Shown piece after piece: positions 49,303 through 61,634 of a DNA stretch of 64,000 nt. Where the stretch lies: assembly GCA_046290225.1 (NCBI GenBank), contig JBKAGE010000035.1, forward strand, positions 416,001-480,000. The letters run 5' to 3'. The stretch is from Bradymonadia bacterium. GTDB lineage: Bacteria; Myxococcota_A; Bradymonadia; UBA7976; UBA1532. The number at the start of each line of letters is the position of its first letter. Position 1 is the stretch's first letter. Below the pieces are notes generated by a model. It searched no databases and was not told the origin of the DNA. It saw only the letters and a program-made list of their open reading frames with translations. The translations under genes were made by a program, and so were the position numbers.

Positions 49303-49330
49303 ACACCCGAGCATGCACATGCTCGGGTGT
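49303..49330. terminator. Strong hairpin, probable terminator
   Basis: ACACCCGAGCATG-CA-CATGCTCGGGTGT, 12 bp past the stop of the 49343-51016 gene. Confidence 0.7.
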
Positions 49331-49342
49331 TTGTGTATGTGC

Positions 49343-51016
49343 CTACAGAAAGCTCACCTCGACGGCGAAGTTGAGCCGTCGATGGATCTTGCGAATGGGG
49401 GGTTCGCGAAACACCGGTTGAGACACGGTGAGCGTGATCGGATCGAAGACCAGGGCCATGTGGTCGGTGGGGTGCCAACGAAACCCTCCAGGCCTGAGTT
49501 CCAGGAACAAGCCCGTAGAGCCCTTGTCGTCGAAGGTGGCGTCGAACATCAGGATCGATGGCCCGATGGCCGCACTGATGGAGATGAAGTCGTCGAAGAG
49601 CAGCAGCTCGGCGCCAGCGCCGATGTTCAACACACCACCGTCGACCTCGTTGTCGAACTCCAGCGGCATCCAATAACTGCGATCGACGAGTCCGAAGGCC
49701 CGCCACTGCCCCCATCGGTAGCCTGAGCGGAATGTGTAGCCGAAGGCGACGTCGAGGACTGAAGCGTTGCGGGTGTCGTTGAGGCTGTTGACGTGACTGC
49801 CTGCAGAGAAAAACGTCCGCCCTCGCTCTGCCTGAGCAGGCGTGCTCCCGAGGCTGACGGCAAGGCATGCCACCGGAGCGAGCCACCGAGCGCGCCGGAG
49901 ACCCACCAGTAAAAGCAGCAGCCCGAGACCGATGAGCCCAGGCGTTGAGCTGGTGGGACTCACCTCACAGCCGAGGTAGGGGCCTGCAGGATCTTCCATG
50001 GCGATTTTGATCGCGGGGTAGCGGTCAGCGCAGAAGTTGTTCGCCGCCGTACAACACACCTCTGCCTGTCGCGCTTCGTCATCGGCTTCGATGGCTTCGC
50101 GGCACTCGGGTAGATACTCGATCCAACCGCAGCTCTCGGGGCGCGTCACCGAGTCGGGGCAGGCTGAGAGCCCTCTCTCCAAGGCATCCCAGCTGCCAGT
50201 GTGCAAGTAGTCGTCGAAGGCGCGCACCAGCTCCACCGTACGCAGTGTGGATTGCCGAGCGATGGGCTTCACGTCATCGCGGCTGCAATCGTCCAGCGCA
50301 CTCGAGTGGGCGAGGCCATCTCGATCCGATTCCAGATGTCCGTTGATGGCGTCGACGAAGTTGGTGACGTGCATGATGTATTCGTACCGATCACCTGCCC
50401 TGACCATATGAGCGTGTGCGTCTTGGAGGGCATGTGCTGCCCGGCCCAGGTGGTAGACGCTCAGCGCCACCGTGATCTCGAGTGGATCGTAGTGGTCAGC
50501 GTGAAAGGCGCGTTTACCGAGCTCGACGTCAAAATCAGGCGCCCCGCCGAGGTACATCGCCCCGAGGAGCAGCTCCTCGCGGATGACATCTTTGGTGCCC
50601 TCGATGGCGATGAGGTCGCCCATGAGGCCGTCGTCATAGGTGGCGCGCAGAGCATGAGCGTACTGACCGATCGGATCGGGATCTGCGTGCAGGCGACGCA
50701 AGGCCGACAGGTTGAGCGTAGAGTGTCCCTCAGTGTCTGGTGCACGCACGCCGACCACCATGCTCCCGACGACGTACAGCTCCTGGTCGGTGAGGCCTGG
50801 TGGCATCGCGCTGGCGACGGAGGCGATGAGACGGCGAGTGATCCGATCATTGGGGACTTTGACCCTCAACTCGCCGTCGAACCCTTCGAGAAACAACGCT
50901 GCGGCCTCGAAGGTCTGCGCCTCGTGACACGATTCGCTCACGCTGGTGTTCAAGGTATAGGCGCTGGCCGACGCCGAGTAGATCAGCCCGATGCAGAAGA
51001 GCAGTGCAGATCTCAT
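49343..51016 (-). CDS. Secreted Zn-dependent phospholipase C/HET-C-like domain + internal MYXO-CTERM-like segment + beta-barrel domain
   Basis: Signal peptide ASASA-Y; CHE, HLGRAAHALQDAHAH; GC...LLLLLVGLRRAR; amphipathic strands ending VEVSFL. Confidence 0.65.
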   Translation of the reverse strand: MRSALLFCIGLIYSASASAYTLNTSVSESCHEAQTFEAAALFLEGFDGELRVKVPNDRITRRLIASVASAMPPGLTDQELYVVGSMVVGVRAPDTEGHSTLNLSALRRLHADPDPIGQYAHALRATYDDGLMGDLIAIEGTKDVIREELLLGAMYLGGAPDFDVELGKRAFHADHYDPLEITVALSVYHLGRAAHALQDAHAHMVRAGDRYEYIMHVTNFVDAINGHLESDRDGLAHSSALDDCSRDDVKPIARQSTLRTVELVRAFDDYLHTGSWDALERGLSACPDSVTRPESCGWIEYLPECREAIEADDEARQAEVCCTAANNFCADRYPAIKIAMEDPAGPYLGCEVSPTSSTPGLIGLGLLLLLVGLRRARWLAPVACLAVSLGSTPAQAERGRTFFSAGSHVNSLNDTRNASVLDVAFGYTFRSGYRWGQWRAFGLVDRSYWMPLEFDNEVDGGVLNIGAGAELLLFDDFISISAAIGPSILMFDATFDDKGSTGLFLELRPGGFRWHPTDHMALVFDPITLTVSQPVFREPPIRKIHRRLNFAVEVSFL

Positions 51017-51567
51017 AGAAACTCCACGGCGAAGTTCACGCGGTACTGGATGTCGACGAGCGGGATGCCGGAAGGCTCCGGTACGATGAGGAGGCCGCTG
51101 AGGGGCGAAAACGACAACGCGAGATCATCAGCGACCTTGAACCGGTAGGTCACTGCTCTCACCTCCCAGAAGAACCCCAGCGCGCCGGGCTCATCGAGCT
51201 CGGTGCCTTGAACCAGCCATGCAAAACCCACGTTGGTGGAGCTGCGAATGCGGCCTTCGGCAGAGAGCACGCTGACGTCAGCGCCGAGGAGGGCTGTGCT
51301 CACGGCATCGGGCTTGTCGTCGAGCGTGCGGGTGTCGAAGACGTTGTACTCGGCGCCGACGCCAAGACCGAATCGGCCCCAGTGATGCAGCACCTTTCCG
51401 CCAGCACCAAAGGCGCGCAGAGAGGTTGAGTCGCCTGCTTCTGCGCTGATCAGCGAGGCGCCGATCTCGGGCTGTAGAATCCACTCTCTCTCAGGGACGC
51501 GGGGCGCTGCACATCCCGCCACACCCCACAGCGCCAGGAGGCAGAGGCATCGATAAATGCTGAACAT
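51013..51567 (-). CDS. Small outer-membrane beta-barrel-like lipoprotein
   Basis: Lipobox VAGC; alternating strands; ends YRVNFAVEFL. Confidence 0.7.
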   Translation of the reverse strand: MFSIYRCLCLLALWGVAGCAAPRVPEREWILQPEIGASLISAEAGDSTSLRAFGAGGKVLHHWGRFGLGVGAEYNVFDTRTLDDKPDAVSTALLGADVSVLSAEGRIRSSTNVGFAWLVQGTELDEPGALGFFWEVRAVTYRFKVADDLALSFSPLSGLLIVPEPSGIPLVDIQYRVNFAVEFL

Positions 51568-51748
51568 CAGAACCAAAAATATGAGGGTTGTTCATCAGGG
51601 ATAGATGAGCGATTGAGAATTCTCAATGGCGAGACGCGCCAAAACACCATCCGAGGGCGACAACATGGCCCTGATCCCGGCCTGCGAGGATCTGCTGCCA
51701 TGAGGCATTGACAGCGGCACTGCAAACAAGTACCACCGCCAATCGATC

Positions 51749-54866
<3,118 letters not shown>

Positions 54867-54886
<20 letters not shown>

Positions 54887-55778
54887 GTTGCTCCGCCGGC
54901 GCATCAAGGTCTTTACCCGGCCTTTGAGGCACCGCCTCGCGTGGGGCGCCCTGAAGATGCTGGCCCTGGCCCTCGGGGTCTTGCCGCTGACCTGGGCTCA
55001 GGCCCTGGGGCGTGGCCTCGGCCGGTGCGTGGGGTTTTGTGTGCGCGCCGAGTCGCGGGCCATGGCGCAGCGGATCGCCGTGGCGGCTCTGGCGCATCGG
55101 CCCTCCGCAGGTGATTGCTGGGCAGATCTCGGCCAGAGGCTGGTGGAGCTGTTGGTGCACCCCAAGGTGTTGCCGCACGTCGACGTTGATCCAGCAGCAA
55201 AGCGTTGCCTCGACGAGGCCCTCGCAGAAGGCCGGGGCCTGGTGGTGGCCACAGGACACCTGGGCCATTGGGAGCTGATGGCGGCGGCCCTCGCCCGTGA
55301 AGGCTATACGGTGCACTCCACTGCGGCTCGCAGACGTACTGGCCCGGTGCATCGATGGCTCGAAGAGACCCGGGCGGCGCTGCAAGTGAGTACGCACACC
55401 CCCGGAGGCGGCGCTCGTGGGGTCATGCGTATTCTGAAAGCAGGCGGCGCCATGGGCATCTTCGTCGATCAGAATACGGGAGAGCGGGGCACGGAAGTGT
55501 CGTTTTTAGGCCACCTGGCGCCCACACCTCTGACCTGTGGTCGGCTGGTATGTCGCAGTGACACGGCATTGTGTGTGGTGTGGAACCTGCGACACGGTAA
55601 GGGCTACCGAGTCTACGCACTGCCCGTGGCGACTTCGGTGAATACGACCCCCGAGCGTGTGGCCCAGGAGACGAGCGACATCCTCGCGGCGCAGATCGCG
55701 AAATGCCCGGAACAGTGGGTCTGGCAACATGATCGATGGGGGCGGGTCATAGATGACCCCCCAGGGTCAAGAAAATAA
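54867..55778 (+). CDS. Lipid A late acyltransferase (LpxL/HtrB family)
   Basis: GHLGHWE, FVDQ, FLG, PEQWVWQHDRW. Confidence 0.88.
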
Positions 55779-55811
55779 CAAGCACACTGCGTACCAATAT
55801 GGTTTGCCTGC

Positions 55812-55828
55812 TCGGCACGAATGCTGCT
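55812..55828 (+). promoter_or_regulatory. Candidate sigma-54 (-24/-12) promoter upstream of lptA-lptB-rpoN
   Basis: TCGGCACGAATGCTGCT: GG at 55814-15 and GC at 55826-27, canonical spacing. Confidence 0.5.
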
Positions 55829-55891
55829 ACTGTTTCGAGCATGCTTGAAATCGAGGCGCCCATCACCCCCACTCCAAAGGCGGGCTGGCCC

Positions 55892-56437
55892 ATGTGTCAG
55901 GCCGCCGTCGGGGCTTCGCGCAGATCGTTGCGCGGGTCACTGCTGAGCGCAGTGATCCTGGGCGGTATCTGGTCCTCGACAGCCACAGCAGAGCCTGCGG
56001 CAGCACCCAATGCCAGGCCTGCCTCAGAGGCCATCCCTCTCGACATTCGCGCTGACAACCTGGTGTTGAACCAGAAGCAGGGCACCGCCCGCTTCACCGG
56101 ACACGTCGTGGCCCGACAAGGTGACTTCGAGTTGCGGTGTGGTCTCATCAAAGCCCGATACGATGACGAGGGTGTCCTGCAAACCATCGACGCCGAGGGT
56201 GAGGTCACCGTAAAGGGTGAAGGCCTCAAGGCCATGGCGCGTCAGGCAACGTATCGGCACGAAGAAGGCGTGCTCACCCTCACCGGCGAGCCCAGGCTGG
56301 AGCGCGCCGGAGCGTGGCTCACAGGCGCGCGCATCCGGTACTGGCCCGAGGGGGGCAAGGTGCAAATCGAGCAGGCTCGAGGTCAGTTCAAGGCCCCGCC
56401 TCTGGCTCGAACACTCAAAAAGAGGGCGAGCCGATGA
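55892..56437 (+). CDS. lptA: LPS transport periplasmic protein LptA/OstA-like
   Basis: Signal peptide, LDIRADNL, FTGHVVARQG, LTLTGEP; upstream of lptB; start uncertain. Confidence 0.85.
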   Translation: MCQAAVGASRRSLRGSLLSAVILGGIWSSTATAEPAAAPNARPASEAIPLDIRADNLVLNQKQGTARFTGHVVARQGDFELRCGLIKARYDDEGVLQTIDAEGEVTVKGEGLKAMARQATYRHEEGVLTLTGEPRLERAGAWLTGARIRYWPEGGKVQIEQARGQFKAPPLARTLKKRASR

Positions 56438-57216
56438 GCGATCTGGGGCTGCGCGCCATCGGGTTGCACCGCACCTTGCGGCGGCATCCGTGGTCCAGGC
56501 CCCAGACGGTGGTGCGCGATCTCGATCTCGAGGTCCGCTCAGGCGAGATCGTCGGCTTGTTGGGGCCCAATGGCGCGGGCAAGACCACCACGTTCCGCAT
56601 GTTGGCCGGCTTGCTCAAGGCTCAGCGTGGTCGTGTAGAGCTCGCAGGCCGTGACATCACGCGGCTGCCGTTGTGGCGCCGGGCGCGGGCAGGCCTGGGA
56701 TATTTGCCACAGCGGCCGACCTTGTTGCCTGATCTCACCGCCCGTCAGAACGTGGCTTTGGGATTGGGGCGTCAGGGTCTGAGTCATTCCGAGCGAGGGC
56801 ATCAGGCCGAGGCTCTGCTCGAACGATTTTCATTGGGGCATGTGATGCATGCCCCTGGGGGCACCCTCAGCGGGGGGGAGCGACGGAGAGTGGAGATCAT
56901 CCGCGCTCTCGCCGCCCAGCCGCGGGTGCTCCTCGTCGACGAGCCCTTCGCGGGGCTCGATCCGAAAGCCGCCGACGAGGTCGTCGCGCAGCTTCGGGCA
57001 ATCACCGCCCACGGCACCGGAGTGCTGCTCACCGATCATCACGTCGGTCGCGCCTTCAACGCCTGTGAGCGGGCCTATGTGCTTCACAGCGGCGCGTTGC
57101 TGCTGGAAGGCGATCCCGAGACCATCGCCAGTGACGCCCGCGTGCGGCAGATCTGGCTCGGTGACGCGTTCGGATCTGCCTCCAGCGATGGCGCGCATCG
57201 CCCGCAGGGCCGCTGA
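56434..57216 (+). CDS. lptB: LPS export ABC transporter ATP-binding protein
   Basis: GPNGAGKTT, GYLPQ, LSGGERRRVEI, DEPFAGLDP, LLTDH. Confidence 0.93.
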   Translation: MSDLGLRAIGLHRTLRRHPWSRPQTVVRDLDLEVRSGEIVGLLGPNGAGKTTTFRMLAGLLKAQRGRVELAGRDITRLPLWRRARAGLGYLPQRPTLLPDLTARQNVALGLGRQGLSHSERGHQAEALLERFSLGHVMHAPGGTLSGGERRRVEIIRALAAQPRVLLVDEPFAGLDPKAADEVVAQLRAITAHGTGVLLTDHHVGRAFNACERAYVLHSGALLLEGDPETIASDARVRQIWLGDAFGSASSDGAHRPQGR

Positions 57217-57238
57217 GAGGGAGACTCAAGGGGAGATT

Positions 57239-58705
57239 ATGGCGCTCGAACTCCGACAGTCAGTGAGCATGAAGCAGACTCTGCAGTTGCGGATGACCCC
57301 GCAGTTGCAGCAGGCCATCAAGCTGCTCCAGCTCAACCGTATGGATCTGGTCAGCGCGGTGCGCAACGAGCTCCTCGAGAACCCCATGCTCGAAGAGCAG
57401 TCTGAGATCACCTCTGCCGAGGCGCATCTGCAGAGCAACGCCGAGATCAAGCACACCGCTGAGAAGCTCGACCAGAGCTCCACGGTGAGCGGCGCCGAGC
57501 AGACCACCGAGAAGGCCCAGAAGGAGATCGACTGGGAGGCCTATCTGGCCAACTACTCGTCGCCGACGCCAGGGGCAGGCCCTCAGCGGCTGCGAGACGA
57601 CGATCTCCCGGGCTACGAGGCCACGCTCACCAAGAGCACTACTCTCTTCGATCACCTGATGTGGCAGCTGCAGGTCTCCGATCTCGCCGAGCAGGAACGA
57701 GAGGTGGCCCTGGTGATCATCGGCAATGTTGATGACGATGGCTACATGAAGATGGTCACAGTCGAGCAGATCGCCGACGAGGTCGATCGAGATGTCGAGT
57801 ACGTCGAAGAGGTGCTCGGGCTGGTACAGGCCTTCGACCCTGTGGGTGTCGCAGCGCGAGATCTACGAGAGTGCCTGCTGATTCAGGCCCGCTTGCTCGA
57901 GGCCGGAGCCATCGTCGAAGATGTGATCGGCGATCACATGGACAACCTCGAGAAGAAGAACTACCTGGCCATCGCCCGAGAGATGGACATCGAACTCGAC
58001 GAGGTCATCGAGGCGGCGAAGATCATCAGCCAGATGGAGCCGAAGCCCGGGCGCCCCTTCGCCACGGACGAGTCGCAGTACATCACCCCCGACATCTACA
58101 TCAAAAAGGTCGACGGGGAGTACGTCACCATCCTCAACGAGGACGGCCTGCCCAAGCTGAAGGTGAGCAACTTCTATCGCAACGCCCTCGTGGGCAAGGG
58201 CAACAAGGACACAAAGAACTACGTCAAAGACAAGCTCAACGCCGCGCAGTGGCTCATCTCGAGCATCCAGCAGCGCCAGCGCACGATCGTGAAGGTGACC
58301 GACAGCATCTTGCGGTTCCAGCGCGACTTCTTCGAGAAGGGGGTCGAGCACCTCAAGCCCCTGATCCTACGCGACGTCGCTGAAGACATCGGCATGCACG
58401 AATCTACGGTGAGCCGCGTGACCAACGGCAAGTACGTGCACACCGAGCGGGGCATCTACGAGCTGAAGTACTTCTTCAACTCGTCGATCGGCTCGAACGA
58501 CGGATCTGGCGATCTGGCGAGCGAGGCGGTGAAGTCGAAGATCAAGGCCCTGGTGGCGGACGAGAACCCCAAGAAGCCTCTGAGCGATCAGAAGATCGTC
58601 GATCAGCTGGCAAAAGACGGGGTGAAGATCGCCCGCCGCACGGTGGCGAAGTACCGCGAGATGATGGGCATCCTCCCCAGCAGCAAGAGAAAGCGCTTGT
58701 TCTAA
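57239..58705 (+). CDS. rpoN: RNA polymerase sigma-54 factor
   Basis: MTPQLQQAIKLLQL, HESTVSRVT, ELKYFF, ARRTVAKYRE (RpoN box). Confidence 0.99.
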   Translation: MALELRQSVSMKQTLQLRMTPQLQQAIKLLQLNRMDLVSAVRNELLENPMLEEQSEITSAEAHLQSNAEIKHTAEKLDQSSTVSGAEQTTEKAQKEIDWEAYLANYSSPTPGAGPQRLRDDDLPGYEATLTKSTTLFDHLMWQLQVSDLAEQEREVALVIIGNVDDDGYMKMVTVEQIADEVDRDVEYVEEVLGLVQAFDPVGVAARDLRECLLIQARLLEAGAIVEDVIGDHMDNLEKKNYLAIAREMDIELDEVIEAAKIISQMEPKPGRPFATDESQYITPDIYIKKVDGEYVTILNEDGLPKLKVSNFYRNALVGKGNKDTKNYVKDKLNAAQWLISSIQQRQRTIVKVTDSILRFQRDFFEKGVEHLKPLILRDVAEDIGMHESTVSRVTNGKYVHTERGIYELKYFFNSSIGSNDGSGDLASEAVKSKIKALVADENPKKPLSDQKIVDQLAKDGVKIARRTVAKYREMMGILPSSKRKRLF

Positions 58706-59094
58706 GTTTGCTACGGCGCTCCGGCGGCGTCAGCCGCCGTGACGCCGGCGATTTCCTGCCCAGCTACGACTTTTCGGTCCTCGACGCAGCGCTGGCAAAG
58801 GCCTTCGCTGCGCCTGCGGGTGAAAGCCCGCATCTGAACGAGAACTCACCGACCTCACGACGACTGCCGCCACCGCCGCGACGTACCCATCTGACAGGCA
58901 TGTTGGAACACTGCTCCGGCACATGTTTCTTTTTGTTTTAATGTTTCTTTTTGCTCCATGGCGGACAGCCCGTTTTGGGGCAAGGTGAAACGAACCGAAC
59001 CAGACTCACTGAAGTCATTTTTACTGATGCTGTGTGGTTTAAGTGTTTGTAATTTATGCGAAATGTTGCCCGTGTGTGTCTGTGTGGGGGAGTG

Positions 59095-59110
59095 TGGCAC
59101 GTTTGTTGGA
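59095..59110 (+). promoter_or_regulatory. Candidate sigma-54-like promoter
   Basis: TGGCACGTTTGTTGGA (perfect -24; -12 reads GG, not GC) downstream of an AT-rich tract. Confidence 0.4.
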
Positions 59111-59157
59111 AAAGGAGGGACTTGGGTAGACGAACGGCCCACTCAACAAGGAGACAG

Positions 59158-59799
59158 ATGATGTGGAAGAAGTTGGTTGTGTTCTCGGCAGCGTCCCTGA
59201 TGGTACTCGGCTGCGATGCCATCGATGAGCAGGATGAAGCGTCCACTGACGAGGCGTTGAACGTGGGGGTGAGTGAGAGTGCTCTATTCGACCCCAATGA
59301 TTGGGACCGTGATGGCCTGACCAATGCTGAGGAGCGCCGACTGGGGACCAACCCTCGCCGGAACGATACTGATGGTGATCGAGTAGGCGATGGTCTTGAG
59401 GTGCTCAGGCTCGGAACTGATCCGCTCGATCGTGATACCGACGATGATCAGCTCAGTGATGGTGTGGAGTTTAGAACTACGGGCACAGATCCCCTCAAGT
59501 TCGACAGTGATGGTGATCGCATGGGTGATGGCAGAGAGGTGAACCGTCTCGGGACCGATCCGCTCGACCCAGACACGGATGGGGATCAGCTCGATGATGG
59601 TCGAGAGGTAAGGGAGACGCGTACTGATCCTCTGAAGCGAGACACCGACGGTGATCGTCTCGGGGATGGCCGTGAGGTGAATCGTATCGGCTCGAATCCT
59701 CTGGTGTACGACACCGATGGAGACGGTGTTTGTGATGGTGACGAGGTCAGAGCTGGGAGCGATCCGCTCGATCCGAACAGCACGCCTTGGAACCCCTGA
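59158..59799 (+). CDS. Lipoprotein with thrombospondin type-3-like Ca-binding repeats
   Basis: Lipobox VLGC; seven 22-23 aa D(T/S)DGD..xDG.E....T(D/N)PL repeats; AAGGAG RBS. Confidence 0.88.
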   Translation: MMWKKLVVFSAASLMVLGCDAIDEQDEASTDEALNVGVSESALFDPNDWDRDGLTNAEERRLGTNPRRNDTDGDRVGDGLEVLRLGTDPLDRDTDDDQLSDGVEFRTTGTDPLKFDSDGDRMGDGREVNRLGTDPLDPDTDGDQLDDGREVRETRTDPLKRDTDGDRLGDGREVNRIGSNPLVYDTDGDGVCDGDEVRAGSDPLDPNSTPWNP

Positions 59800-59983
59800 G
59801 AGGTCTCAGGGCTCAACATGATCCAAGCCATACGCCCGCCTGAGTGCTCCTCCCGCACCTGATCCATCCCAGCTCCAGCCCCTCTTTTTCGATCCCCGCA
59901 CCCCTACAGCAGATCCTGTGATACCACTGAGGGCGAATGTGAAGGGCCACCGGTCCGCCAGCCCTCAGGAGACGCGTTCACCC

Positions 59984-60445
59984 ATGCGCATCACCGACTT
60001 TTTGAGCCCCGTCGCCGTCGAAGCCCACCTCAAAGCCTCCACCAAGCAAGGTGTGTTGCGCGAGCTCGTGGGCAGCATCTTGAAGGTCAACCCTGATCTC
60101 GATCCGAACTTGCTCGTCGAGACCCTTCAACAGCGCGAGAAGCTCCAGAGCACCGGCATCATCGAAGGCATCGCCATCCCCCACGGCAAGTCCGACAAGA
60201 TCGACGGGATCATCGCCTGTCTCGGTCGCAGCATCGATGGGGTCGACTTCAAGAGCCTCGATGGAGGCCCTACATATTTGTTCTTCACTTTGCTCGTGCC
60301 CACGTCGAGTCAAGGATTGCACTTGAAGGCCCTCGCTCGAGTAAGCAGGCTGTGCAAAGACCCGGCGACAGTGGAAGCGCTGTTGAGTGCCCCCGACGCC
60401 GAGTCGATGTACGCGATCATCGCTGCCGAAGACGAAAAGCTCTAG
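59984..60445 (+). CDS. ptsN: PTS EIIA(Ntr)-like protein
   Basis: RE.LQSTGI..GIAIPHG, VDFKSLDG.P, HLKALA. Confidence 0.93.
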   Translation: MRITDFLSPVAVEAHLKASTKQGVLRELVGSILKVNPDLDPNLLVETLQQREKLQSTGIIEGIAIPHGKSDKIDGIIACLGRSIDGVDFKSLDGGPTYLFFTLLVPTSSQGLHLKALARVSRLCKDPATVEALLSAPDAESMYAIIAAEDEKL

Positions 60446-60493
60446 AGACACATGCGAGAGCCCACACCAGACCGAGCCCCCCGGAGGGGCGCA

Positions 60494-60648
60494 GGCTGTG
60501 GGGTTCGGTGGCTGTGACGTGAGGCGTAGTGGCTGAGTGGTGACCCACACCGCAGGGGTAGCCAGCAAAGGCTTTTGCCGGCTACCTCGAGGATTGGGGC
60601 GTTGCGCAGACGCTGCGGAGCGCGGCGCAGACGCCGGACCCCACAGCC
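60494..60648 (+). other. Structured intergenic element (candidate RNA or MITE-like insert)
   Basis: 17-bp closing helix GGCTGTGGGGTTCGGTG / CGCCGGACCCCACAGCC with two G-U pairs; two internal hairpins. Confidence 0.55.
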
Positions 60649-60665
60649 GGAGCCCCGGAGGAAGA

Positions 60666-61634
60666 ATGGAAGCCACCGTCGGCGAAGTGTTACGGGCAGG
60701 CACCATCCGTCAATCGTTCACCGTCGTCGCCGGTGCCCATGGCCTCGATCGACAGGTCAGGTCGAAGAGCATCCAGCGGCTCGGTGTGGGCCTCACCGGC
60801 TACACCAAACACCTCGACGTGAATCGGATTCAGCTGATCGGGCAATCCGAGACCGGTTATCTCGCCACCCTCGCACCCCTCGATCGGCTCAAGCTGCTCA
60901 GCCATCTCATCGCCGTGGGGTTTCCTGCCGTGGTCATCACCACCGGGTTACAGGCACCCCCCGAGCTCATCGAGCTCGCCGAGATGCACGACTGCGTCAT
61001 CATCTCCACCGAGCTCGAGTCTGCCGATGCCATCGACATGCTCAACACCGTGCTCGCCGCGCGGCTGTCGCCGAGAGAGAGCATGCACGGATGCCTGCTC
61101 GACGTGTACGGCGTCGGGGTGCTCATCACGGGGAAGTCGGGCATCGGCAAGAGTGAGCTCGCCCTCGAGCTCGTGGAGCACGGCGCCCGCCTCGTCGCTG
61201 ATGACGTCGTCGTACTTCATCAGCTCACCGCCGGGGTGATCATCGGCGCCGCCACCGAGCTGAGCCGACACCACATGGAGATCCGCGGCATCGGGATCAT
61301 CAACGTCAAAGATCTCTTCGGCGCCGCTGCAGTGCGTGAGCGCAAGCGTGTGGAGATCATCGTCGAGTTGATGGACTGGGACCCTGAGGCAGAGTATGAC
61401 CGAATTGGGGTCGAGACCCGTCACATGCACATTGCCGGAGTGCCGATCCCACACCTGACGATTCCTGTCAGGCCCGGTCGATCATTGCGGCTCATCGTCG
61501 AGGTGGCTGCACGCAATCGGTTGCTTCAAGCCCAGGGCATACACTCTGCCCAGGCCTTTACCGAGCGGCTCACCCAGCTCTTGAGCAGGGGGGCGGCCCC
61601 GTTGGCAGATCATTCGGAGGCAGACTTTGAGTGA
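60666..61634 (+). CDS. hprK: HPr kinase/phosphorylase
   Basis: HG.LLDVYGVGVLITGKSGIGKSE, LVADD, MEIRGIGI, PVRPGR. Confidence 0.96.
   Translation: MEATVGEVLRAGTIRQSFTVVAGAHGLDRQVRSKSIQRLGVGLTGYTKHLDVNRIQLIGQSETGYLATLAPLDRLKLLSHLIAVGFPAVVITTGLQAPPELIELAEMHDCVIISTELESADAIDMLNTVLAARLSPRESMHGCLLDVYGVGVLITGKSGIGKSELALELVEHGARLVADDVVVLHQLTAGVIIGAATELSRHHMEIRGIGIINVKDLFGAAAVRERKRVEIIVELMDWDPEAEYDRIGVETRHMHIAGVPIPHLTIPVRPGRSLRLIVEVAARNRLLQAQGIHSAQAFTERLTQLLSRGAAPLADHSEADFE

Noticed and set aside
56849..57238. N-terminal extension of rpoN
   Set aside because: Overlaps lptB; RBS and conserved start at 57239
59300..59780. About 69-bp periodic repeats as CRISPR or DNA repeat
   Set aside because: Degenerate at synonymous positions; encodes TSP3-like peptide repeats
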